DNA of 64,000 nucleotides from Trichomonas gallinae (lineage: Eukaryota), in NCBI GenBank assembly GCA_008369845.1, contig MRSU01010484.1:1-64000 (forward strand). The letters are read 5' to 3'. A program made the position numbers and the translations under genes. The notes beneath the pieces were generated by a model that saw only the letters and a program-made list of their open reading frames with translations, did no database searches and was not told where the DNA came from. Numbering within the stretch: the stretch's first letter is position 1; every line of letters begins with the position of its first letter. Of this stretch, positions 54,977 through 64,000 are shown piece after piece.

Positions 54977-55040
54977 TGTAATTACAGAAGTGTTTCAACT
55001 CGCTTTCTGGCTTTGTGATAGGATCACTTCTGTAATTACA
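54977..55040. repeat. Perfect 16-bp inverted repeat with 32-nt spacer
   Basis: tgtaattacagaagtg (54977-54992) / cacttctgtaattaca (55025-55040). Confidence 0.85.
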
Positions 55041-55516
55041 AAAAACCGAGTTTTTATTTCTTTAACATACAACTTGTTCTCTACAATTTTATGAAAATAT
55101 AATCGTTCTTCATTGAGTCCTTAAATTAAAAAAGAGAAAATTAAGAAAAAGAATAAAGTATAATAAATAGAATCTTATATCCAATATATCACGTTCGCAG
55201 AACTTACTAAAAGGACACCAGTTTTTTGTCAAAATTTCTCCAGGTCAATATTTGAAGTCTACTGTATCTATAACTTTAATTTAGAAGGATTCCACTGAGA
55301 AGACCAAATGTCTACATTTGATTAAAGTTAATTTTATTCAATATTGTAAAGAAATATTTGAATATAAAGAAATTATTGAGTTAACTCATAAAACCCATAG
55401 TTATCGGTTCAAAATGTTTCTATGACTACTGATGACTGTGGTGAAAGTGGACTAAAAAAATATGGACTTGAATCGTCAGATTCAAATTTTGTGATAAAGA
55501 TAAAATTGATCACAAA

Positions 55517-56500
55517 ATGTTTTTTGCGTTGTTCTCACATAGCTTGTCTTGGTGGGGACATTCACATAAACTTGTAGCCCAAATTGCAGCATCAAAACTC
55601 TCGAAATCCCAAATTTTCAAGATTGAAAGTCTGATTCAAATCGGTGCATATCCACAATCCACAATGGTTGATGCGGCTACGTGGCAGGATGATCTCAAGA
55701 CAAATAAACTTACTACAATGGCTTCCTGGCATTTCTCTGATAAGCCAATAATTCAAAATAAAACAAAACCTATTTATCCACTCCCAAATACTTACAATAT
55801 TACAGAATACCTGGATAGTGCTTGGAAAACACTTCACAATCCAACAACAACCGATAAATATATTTGGGCATTTCATATAAGGAGCATTCTTCATTTCTTG
55901 GGTGATGTTCACACTCCTCACCATAACACAATGCTATATTCGGAGGATTATGAGGATGGTGACTTAGGTGGAAATTTGTATTTATTAAATTGCAGCTTAG
56001 GATCGCTTTGCAAGAATATGCACTTATTTTGGGATTCTGCTGGAAACGCTTATCCACTTAGAGACCCTCTTGCTCCTGAATATAAAAAAGAATTTTACGA
56101 GAATGTATCCTGGCTCTTAAAGGACAGACCAGTATCAAAGTACAGCAATAAGGATCTCACAAAATATGATCCATTCTATTGGAATGACGAAAGTTTTGAA
56201 ATCGCTAAATTACATGGATATGGAATCCCTGCAAACAGCAATCCACCACTTTCATACTTCATGGAAGTTCAGGATGTTGCCAGAGACAGAATTGCACTTG
56301 CTGGTTATAGATTAGGAAATATTTTGAATGAATTGACTGGTCTCGATACAATGCCTATTGTCAGCCATGCATATCAAAGAATGATCGCGTTATGGGTTGT
56401 TGACTCCATTTTAATCGTTGTCAGTATTGTTTGCTTAATTTTGATATGCATTGATAAGAAGAAAGCATCCGATGATAATGTAAGTTCTCTCGAACCATAA
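55517..56500 (+). CDS. S1/P1 (class I) nuclease with C-terminal TM anchor, 327 aa
   Basis: Signal peptide, then WWGHSH, ATWQDD, WHF, HFLGDVHTPHH, DLGGN, MHLFWDS, IALAGYRL. Confidence 0.95.
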   Translation: MFFALFSHSLSWWGHSHKLVAQIAASKLSKSQIFKIESLIQIGAYPQSTMVDAATWQDDLKTNKLTTMASWHFSDKPIIQNKTKPIYPLPNTYNITEYLDSAWKTLHNPTTTDKYIWAFHIRSILHFLGDVHTPHHNTMLYSEDYEDGDLGGNLYLLNCSLGSLCKNMHLFWDSAGNAYPLRDPLAPEYKKEFYENVSWLLKDRPVSKYSNKDLTKYDPFYWNDESFEIAKLHGYGIPANSNPPLSYFMEVQDVARDRIALAGYRLGNILNELTGLDTMPIVSHAYQRMIALWVVDSILIVVSIVCLILICIDKKKASDDNVSSLEP

Positions 56501-56850
56501 TTTGCACCTATTATTTTCGATTTTACATTTTTAGTTTCTTATAAAATTTTTTTTTTAATTTTGAAATGTAATGTTTACATATTGGAACAAAATTTCCCAA
56601 TTGGATCAAAACGGAAACATTATGATAAGCGTATTTGCATTTAAATCACTGAATACGTATATTACATTGATGCAAATTCAATTAATCCTAGTAAATTGGA
56701 TAAATTGTCATATTAGATTAATGAGATAAATGCTTGAGGTATAACTAAGCCTATTGCAATAGATTCATGACATAAAAATACTCAATGGATGAATTATCAA
56801 TTATCATCCATACTTAGTTAAATCTGCCATTTGCCAAGTAAAATATCAAA

Positions 56851-57451
56851 ATGTCAAAAAGTAACATTTTTTTGCTGCTGATTGCCTGAGATAACATATA
56901 ATTCGAGCAATCCAGAAATAGGTTTGTTCGATTATCTGGATACTCTTGATGGGAACCATTTTGATTATCTCAAATATGAATATACATATGGAGTAACTAA
57001 TCCCGAGCAATTATTTTATTATAAGACAGGCAATTCTTATTTCACTGGCTACAAAGGTGATGATCAATATGTCGGATTCTTTCTTAAGAAACACTCATTT
57101 GTTATTAAATCATATTATATCCAAACTTCTTATAATAATCCAGATTTTCCGCTGCATCCTACATATTGGTCAATAAAAGGTTCGCATGATGGAATTACTT
57201 GGAAAATTATTGATGCTCACTCAAATGATACAAGATTTCTTGGAGATGCTAATGAAGACATGCTAACTACCAATGAATCTATTGTTCGATATATTAGGTT
57301 CGTATCACCACGTCAGTTTTCTATGCGTCATCTAGAGTTTTTTGGCTACATAACTAATGCTGTTTTACCAGTTAAAACTTGTTACGTAGGAGCAAGCTAC
57401 ACATATAATATGAAGAGTATTTTCGTATTTATTTTCTTACTGACTGAATAA
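56851..57451 (+). CDS. F5/8 type C (discoidin/galactose-binding)-like protein; start out of frame by one base
   Basis: SYYIQTS..HPTYWSIKGSHDGITWKIID..RYIRF..LEFFG; hydrophobic C-terminus. The ATG at 56851 (MSKSNIFLLL) is one base out of frame with ORF 56882-57451. Confidence 0.65.
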
Positions 57452-58295
57452 CATATCTTTCTTGATAATAAACTTTATTATAAGTATCCAGCTTGTTAAG
57501 CAATTTTATAACACATAACATACTTATTGTATTTTTGAAGTTTGTACTTGTATTGCTTACAATCTGAATAATCATCAATAAGAATCTAGGCTAAATATAT
57601 ATTGCCATACACATCATAAATCCAAACAATTAATTATCCATGTTTAACAATTGTGATTCTATATATTTTATATCTGGATTTTTATAATTATTTGCCATGA
57701 ACTATATGAACATGAAATATTTATCGTTATAAGGAAAACCAAATAGGGTTAATATCGTTACACTTCAAAATTCTTTTTTTGAAATGCAAAATTAAATCAT
57801 TAATGAAGATTAATGTTTAAAAACACATTATTATACTGCATTGATCTATATTATAAAAATTGGATCAAAGTTGCCAATAATGGAGAAAAATAACAAAATA
57901 GTAAAAAATAAATATTTTAACAATAAGTTAATGAAAATTATATGTGAAATGAGACAGTTGCGATTTTTTATTCAAACTGAAACATTTTAAAATCATGATT
58001 ATTAGATTAAAGAGCTGGTTATAATTTTCGATATTTGGCCGATTGAACACTTTCTCATTTTTTTAATTTGAGAATATTACGGGCGCAATAGTTTTTCAGA
58101 AATCTAAAAATCAAAAATGATTCAATGATTTATTAGTTGTAGTTTCATTTTTCATTTTTCCAAAAGTTATCGTAGTTAGTTATTTTTATTTGAAAAACAT
58201 AAATAATATCAATATATAAACATATAAATAATCTAATTTTGTCACGTTTCCTCACTTCACAAATTATTGACAGAGTTTTCTCAAAAAATATTTTG

Positions 58296-58302
58296 TCACT
58301 TT
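58296..58302 (+). promoter_or_regulatory. Inr TCACTTT
   Basis: Just upstream of the ATG at 58312. Confidence 0.6.
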
Positions 58303-58311
58303 TCAATCAAA

Positions 58312-59565
58312 ATGTTTTTGTTTGCGACGTTTGTTTCTTGCTTAGAACCTGTGATTTTGGTTCCACCGATGTTTGGATCAGAATTATATGGCTCTATATA
58401 TGATCTCTATACACATTGGTATTGCAATAAGAACTTCGAAGACGAAGTTATTTGGGTTAGTGATGGATACGCAATTCCTCCACTTTTCAACTGCTTAGCT
58501 GAATGGCTTACAGTTGAATGGAACTACACAGGTGGTTATCCAGCTTCTAGAAACAGAACAAAAATTTATCCATATCATTTCGGTACATTAGACGGAATTA
58601 AATACATTGATCACGGTATTTTCGGACACCACTTCATTCCAGATCTGATTTACATCATTCAAAGGTTCGAAAAGGATGGATACAAAGAAGGTGTCGATTT
58701 ATTCGGTGCACCATATGATTTCAGAATGATGCCAATGGCCATGGGCGACTACTTTGATAAACTAAAGGACCTCGTCGAAGATGTCTACAAGAAAACAGGA
58801 AAGCGTGTTTCATTATACGGAATCTCAGGCGGTGGCAACACTCTTCACCATTTCTGCGAGTTAATGACACAAGAGTGGAAGGACAAGCATATCAGATCAC
58901 TTTTACTCCACGGTCCATCATTTGGTGGCGCTGGTGAAGCTTTAATTGTTCTTTGGCAGCAGACAGTTGATTGGATGCCATCAATGTATATGACAGATGT
59001 AATGAAAAAGTTCTATCTGTCACTTCCAACAATTTGGGCTCATCTTCCAAACGCTCCAGCAAATACAGAGCCAATCATCATTGGTCCAGACGGCCACAAG
59101 TACTATGGTAATGATATCCCACAGTTATTCGTTGATCACGACAGAGTCACAACAAATGATAATCTCAACGTGTTAAATATGGCTAAGCCATGGATTTCCA
59201 GGAAGCTCACACCAACAGGAGTCCCAACATACATCCTCTTCAACTCAGTTCTCAACACTCCATATGGAATGCAGTTTGAGGACTGGGAGAAACCGCCGAC
59301 AATTCTCAATGTTACTGGCGACGGCACACTTTCTGGCGAGTCACTTTACTATCTCTGCAACAACTGGGGCAAGGACCCACATCCTGTTATCTGCCATGAT
59401 CTCAAGATTGAAGACGACAAATACAGCCACGCAGGTCAAATGACACAACCAGATGTTGTCGACATTATCTTCAAGGTCTTGAAGGACGACTCATGGATGG
59501 TTCCTGGCCCACACATCGTCACAGGCAACCACACATTGGAGTGGATGACAATGCATCCAAAATAA
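58312..59565 (+). CDS. LCAT / group XV phospholipase A2-like acyltransferase, ~417 aa
   Basis: Signal peptide, PVILVPPMFGSEL, LFGAPYDFR, GISGG nucleophile elbow, GDGT, terminal His (YSHAG). Confidence 0.93.
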   Translation: MFLFATFVSCLEPVILVPPMFGSELYGSIYDLYTHWYCNKNFEDEVIWVSDGYAIPPLFNCLAEWLTVEWNYTGGYPASRNRTKIYPYHFGTLDGIKYIDHGIFGHHFIPDLIYIIQRFEKDGYKEGVDLFGAPYDFRMMPMAMGDYFDKLKDLVEDVYKKTGKRVSLYGISGGGNTLHHFCELMTQEWKDKHIRSLLLHGPSFGGAGEALIVLWQQTVDWMPSMYMTDVMKKFYLSLPTIWAHLPNAPANTEPIIIGPDGHKYYGNDIPQLFVDHDRVTTNDNLNVLNMAKPWISRKLTPTGVPTYILFNSVLNTPYGMQFEDWEKPPTILNVTGDGTLSGESLYYLCNNWGKDPHPVICHDLKIEDDKYSHAGQMTQPDVVDIIFKVLKDDSWMVPGPHIVTGNHTLEWMTMHPK

Positions 59566-60105
59566 CTTCTATTATCTATATATAAATTATTTTTATTTCT
59601 AGTTCATATCAAAAATCATTAATTTTAAATATATTTCTTTTTTTAATCATGTTTATTTGAAAGGAACCATATATATTCATGATTTAATCTCTCTTTAACA
59701 ATATTTCGTCGTTGAAATAAAACGTAAATATGTTTTTCTGCATGATTATCATGACAAAATTAATAAGGAAAGTTAATTTCATTAGTTTGGAACATGATGA
59801 TATTGTAACATGATGAGTTACAAGTATTCATGTTCTCAGATGAATATTACTCATTAAGTAAATCATTTATGTTCAAATCAGTTAAAATATTGTTTATAAC
59901 ATAATTTCTTGATGTAACAACAAATTTTCATGAATGTAAAATCACTATAACATTGAGCATACTAAGCATAAGGTTTCATCACAAAAATGTGAACACACAA
60001 ACTCTCAGAAACAAAATGTATAGCATTTTTTTTTTGTAGCAAATTTTGTCTTGATATTTTATAATATAATAATTTATTCAAACAAATAAAAATGAAATAT
60101 ATAAA

Positions 60106-61437
60106 TCAAACCATTTTCTTGATTTCAAAAACAGTTTGTGCTGTGCAAGCTATGGCAGCAATGATTGTGAAGACAATGGAAACACATGCCTGGAATGTTC
60201 TGTACCATTTTCTTCCTGGAGTTGCTTTCAAGAAGAAAAGTGCTGGCATCATCAAAGTAACAATTGGAATCAAAATTCCTCCAACAATGTTGAAGAAGAT
60301 AAGGATGTTGCTCGATGTAGCAGCAAGTGCAGCAGAGATTAAACAAAGGATGAAGCCAGTGAGAACCCATCTTAACGTCGTCATTTCTTTTCCTTTGAAC
60401 AAGGTTGCGTCGACGGAATTTCTTGCTGCCCAAATCATCAACGGAGAAGAAATCAAGAGAATGACAACAACACACACAGTGACAACAATAGTGAATGGAT
60501 GATAAGCTGGATAAAGTTCTAAAGCAGACGATGCCGACAAAACATCGAATTTATCCAAATATGTGCAAATTCCGAATGTTGCGTAGAGCAAGAAGCATGA
60601 ACCGATAACAATGCCACTGAGCTTGAATCCTCTTTTAACAGTGCAATTCCTGAGGTGTTCTAATGTAGGGAAAAGATTAATGATGCAATTGTATGACATT
60701 GTGTTAATTCCAAGGGCAGGAATGAAAACAAATAAGTCCCAACGTGCCCAAACAATCTCACCATTGGGATCAAATCCATATTGCTTGATGTCTTTGATGA
60801 GCCAATATAAGCTATGAATAATTAAAACGATAATCATCATAAAGCCAATGGAAGCAACAATTTCCAGCTTTGCTATTGACTTTGGAATGGTTAATGGGAA
60901 AGCAAGTAGCATTGTTGTAACAAAATTCCAGAATTTATCATTATTCAGGACTTTCACCTTGAATCCGAGTGTTCTATTAACGAGAACACCATCCCAATTG
61001 GAGTATATCATAACAGAACCAATTTGAACTAAGAAAATAAAGAGATCAATTATCCAAATTAATTTTGGATTAAATAAGTGCGTAAAGAGTCCTCTATAGT
61101 CGTATTTCTTTGTATTATATGCTGCTTCTATCATCATACAGAAGGTATTGAATGTAATACAGCCGATAATTATTGCAATTAAGAGTGCAAAAGCAATTCC
61201 TAACCGGTAACAATATGGAACCATGAGACATCCAGATCCAATTGCAGTATTAATCAATATAACGAATGATCCAAACATGTTTTGGTCAGCATTTTCTTGT
61301 TTTTCGAAGATTTGATCATCAAGAAAATTATTTGGTTTGCTTTCAGTGCTGGATTTGTTCTCAGAGCTGTAGGTATCTGGTACTGCTTCACTCTCCGTGC
61401 TCTGGATGTCGGGAATCTCTTCGCTTTGGTTCTCCAT
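60106..61437 (-). CDS. Amino acid transporter (Aa_trans / AAAP family), ~443 aa
   Basis: LINTAIGSGCLMVPY motif and ~11 TM segments. The ATG at 61437 is preferred because Inr TCATTA lies at 61447-61452; alternative start at 61467. Confidence 0.92.
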   Translation of the reverse strand: MENQSEEIPDIQSTESEAVPDTYSSENKSSTESKPNNFLDDQIFEKQENADQNMFGSFVILINTAIGSGCLMVPYCYRLGIAFALLIAIIIGCITFNTFCMMIEAAYNTKKYDYRGLFTHLFNPKLIWIIDLFIFLVQIGSVMIYSNWDGVLVNRTLGFKVKVLNNDKFWNFVTTMLLAFPLTIPKSIAKLEIVASIGFMMIIVLIIHSLYWLIKDIKQYGFDPNGEIVWARWDLFVFIPALGINTMSYNCIINLFPTLEHLRNCTVKRGFKLSGIVIGSCFLLYATFGICTYLDKFDVLSASSALELYPAYHPFTIVVTVCVVVILLISSPLMIWAARNSVDATLFKGKEMTTLRWVLTGFILCLISAALAATSSNILIFFNIVGGILIPIVTLMMPALFFLKATPGRKWYRTFQACVSIVFTIIAAIACTAQTVFEIKKMV

Positions 61438-61875
61438 CAGCAAATTTAATGAAAATTTAGACCTCATTGAAATATTTCTGAGGAAAATTTTGTAAAGAAA
61501 ATGAAATCATTTTGTAAAACCATGTATTTCATTTTTATAAGGAGTTTTGATGATCGCCGATAGAAAAATTTTGATTTAAAGATTGGTCTACGCTCTCTCA
61601 AAAATTATTCAATGAATTGCTTATAATAATGATGAAAATTATTTAAAAATGATATTTTATTGATAAAAAAATTAAATCATAATATTAAGCAGAAATTGGA
61701 TTTTCAGAATTGTTATCTAATTCGAATCAATATTTTCATCTTATTTTGAAAAAAAGTTGGTTATTTATAAATATTGGATAAAAAGTGACATTTAGTTCTA
61801 TGATGTAACTTTGTTGCATTATTATAATTATAATTAAGAATTTTTAATAAAACATAATTAAAATAAACATTTAAG

Positions 61876-64000
61876 TTAATGTGTGCATGATGGTTTGCAT
61901 TTCGAGCAACAGAATCTGCCGCAAATATCGCAGACATCACATGACTTGATTGTGTTTGTGAAGCAAACACAGCAGTTGCAAGCAAGGCTCTTCTTCAATG
62001 GGAATTGCGGAGATAGTCCTGCGCTTTCGATAGAGAAGCATTTCATGTCTGGCGAGAAGAAAACGCATCTCGCGCATTTGTCATGAATATAGATGCTTGT
62101 TGCAATATCTGGAATTGGAACTTCTTTGAGTAATTTCAAATTCTCAATCGCGAAGAATCTGACGATTAAATCATCATAGCAGACGACAACGAATCTGTCT
62201 GCGAAACTCTTCGGAATGTTAGAAGTTGATGCGGCAGTAATCTTTCTCTTTGAAACATATTCGCAGAGCTTCATACAGCTGAGCGAATATTCAATGATTG
62301 TGCTGTTCAATATGACGAAGAAAACTGCAGAATTGTCATCAATGATGACATTCTTAACTTCGCTCTCGAATTCTATTGTCTTCAAGATTGATTGTGTGCC
62401 GATATCATAAACTGCAACGCAGTTCTTATATGCGATGCAGATCATGAAGTGTGCTGATGAAACAGCGAGTGCACTGATTGGATATCCGATGAATATTCTG
62501 TCGATTGTCTCTGAAGTGACCGCTTGTTTGTTCTTGTAGAGAACTTTGTACAAAATCACCAAACCTGTCTTGCTTCCAGTTGTTACGAATAATCCATCAG
62601 TGGAATTAGCGAATGTTGAATATGGATCAGGGATCTTGATGCTTCTTAGTGTAACATAGTTCTTTAATTCAGGCAATGCGAATGCATACTTTGGAGCGAA
62701 ATAAATCTGTGTGCCAGAAACAACGCATGAAACAGAGTGCTCTGGTGGGATAATCTGCTGGACAAATGTATCGCGAGATGTCATCAAATCCCATGTGTAA
62801 GAGAATTTCTGCGCTGGATGATCCTTATTAAATATCTGTTCTGGGCATTGGCCGAAGTTGATGATGCACATCTCGTTAGCTTCTGCTTCCATTGGATCAT
62901 CTGTTTTATCTCTGTCTGGGTAAGTCAATGGATGGAAGAGATTCTTTGCAGCAACAGCCGCTTCTCCGCGACTCTTTGTGCCGAAGATCAAATCTATCCA
63001 AAAGCCGAGTTTGATGCCAACTTTGAATGACTCTAATGACTGTATCATCTTATATGTGAAATCGAATGGGTTCGTTGACCATGTTGGAAGAACTACATTG
63101 CTTGCATCTCTTTCCGAAGAAATGAATTTAGTTGTCTCGCTCACCAATATTTCAGGTGCGCAATACAATTGTGGCGTAAGTTCTTTAACATCAGCTGGTG
63201 TCGTGATACTTGCTGATCTCCATGATTCGGAAACGGAAGTAAATATTCTGTTCGGATGATCCCAGCCTCTGTTCAAGTGGATTCCCAACAAGCAGAATGG
63301 ATCAACTCTGAAGTTGAAGAACAGAACGACACCAAAATGCATGTAGTGGCTTCCATAGAAGAACTGATGATCTGAATCTTCATATGTGCTATCATATCCT
63401 TTCCTTCTTTCTGAAGGCAACTGGCCCATTGGAACAGTTAAATCTCTGTTGTCACAATCGATGAAATCTTTGCAGTCATAATCAGACAGAACCCACGGAT
63501 AGACGAAGTACTGAGTGTTATCGCATGATGTTCTTCCTGAGAAAACATTGAGCGCTGAAATATAAAGGAATGTTGGAATCTGTCCATTGATCCACTGATT
63601 TTGAACGTCCTTCAGCGAACTGTTCAATAATCTAGCGTTGTTGATTGGTGTGAAGATATTTGGCAAATATGGTGGAAGTGTTTGCATTGTTTGATCGATT
63701 AATTGTGTCAATATGTTAACTAATCTGGTTGTTGTCTGTTCATCAGTAATCAAGCAAAACTGTTGCCCACGGATGAATGACATGACAATTGAAATCTTCT
63801 TCTGGAGCCAGTTGTGAGTGTTGATTGCAATTAACTCATGAAGAGAAACCTGGAAACCAATATGTCCGCAGAATGTGAATGATTTGCCGAAATATCCATT
63901 CATTATTACTTGAGAGTAAAATCTTAACGCGAGATTTTCTGTTTCGACGAATTTGTTTTCAACAATTCCGTTGTTTTCATCCAAGCTCAAACCTTCAATG
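61876..64000 (-). CDS. BEACH-domain protein (PH-BEACH, WD40-like region, C-terminal Cys-rich finger), 5'-truncated by the window
   Basis: QWINGQI.TFLYI..LN..SGRT..D..QY.VYPWVL, RDLTVPMGQ, YGSHY, DVKELTPQ, WIDLIFG, NFGQCPEQIF; tail CNCC..CDVCDICGRFCCSKC. The frame stays open to the window edge. Confidence 0.95.
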   Translation of the reverse strand, partial: IEGLSLDENNGIVENKFVETENLALRFYSQVIMNGYFGKSFTFCGHIGFQVSLHELIAINTHNWLQKKISIVMSFIRGQQFCLITDEQTTTRLVNILTQLIDQTMQTLPPYLPNIFTPINNARLLNSSLKDVQNQWINGQIPTFLYISALNVFSGRTSCDNTQYFVYPWVLSDYDCKDFIDCDNRDLTVPMGQLPSERRKGYDSTYEDSDHQFFYGSHYMHFGVVLFFNFRVDPFCLLGIHLNRGWDHPNRIFTSVSESWRSASITTPADVKELTPQLYCAPEILVSETTKFISSERDASNVVLPTWSTNPFDFTYKMIQSLESFKVGIKLGFWIDLIFGTKSRGEAAVAAKNLFHPLTYPDRDKTDDPMEAEANEMCIINFGQCPEQIFNKDHPAQKFSYTWDLMTSRDTFVQQIIPPEHSVSCVVSGTQIYFAPKYAFALPELKNYVTLRSIKIPDPYSTFANSTDGLFVTTGSKTGLVILYKVLYKNKQAVTSETIDRIFIGYPISALAVSSAHFMICIAYKNCVAVYDIGTQSILKTIEFESEVKNVIIDDNSAVFFVILNSTIIEYSLSCMKLCEYVSKRKITAASTSNIPKSFADRFVVVCYDDLIVRFFAIENLKLLKEVPIPDIATSIYIHDKCARCVFFSPDMKCFSIESAGLSPQFPLKKSLACNCCVCFTNTIKSCDVCDICGRFCCSKCKPSCTH

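Noticed and set aside
1..64000. tRNA, rRNA or snRNA genes; non-standard genetic code
   Set aside because: No recognisable RNA-gene signatures by eye, and long ORFs read through cleanly and terminate under the standard code.

Overview
AT-rich (~30% GC by eye), compact, apparently intron-free eukaryotic DNA read with the standard code. Gene content (BspA-like TpLRR proteins, a Pmp-like protein, Myb, BEACH, cystatin, S1/P1 nuclease, NPLW/DDPF-tailed surface pseudogene) and TCAYT initiator elements point to a trichomonad (Trichomonas-like parabasalid); this assignment is an inference. The left 37 kb is an ordered surface-protein locus. Six intact giant BspA-like LRR genes of two subtypes (A ~1550-1610 aa, B ~1145 aa) form three head-to-head A/B pairs. 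They are bracketed in mirror image by a Pmp-like gene and its pseudogene, which share an apparent gene-conversion tract. An unpaired, decayed A-type copy lies at the left edge, and a ~1.45 kb inverted-repeat element containing a 71-nt hairpin sits between pairs 2 and 3. The right 27 kb holds ordinary single genes (MATE, acyltransferase-like, two-domain cystatin, MFS, coiled-coil flagellar-type protein, S1/P1 nuclease, discoidin-like, LCAT/PLA2, amino-acid transporter, partial BEACH), several frameshifted or decayed genes, and small repeats and hairpins. All identities and alignments were judged by eye.
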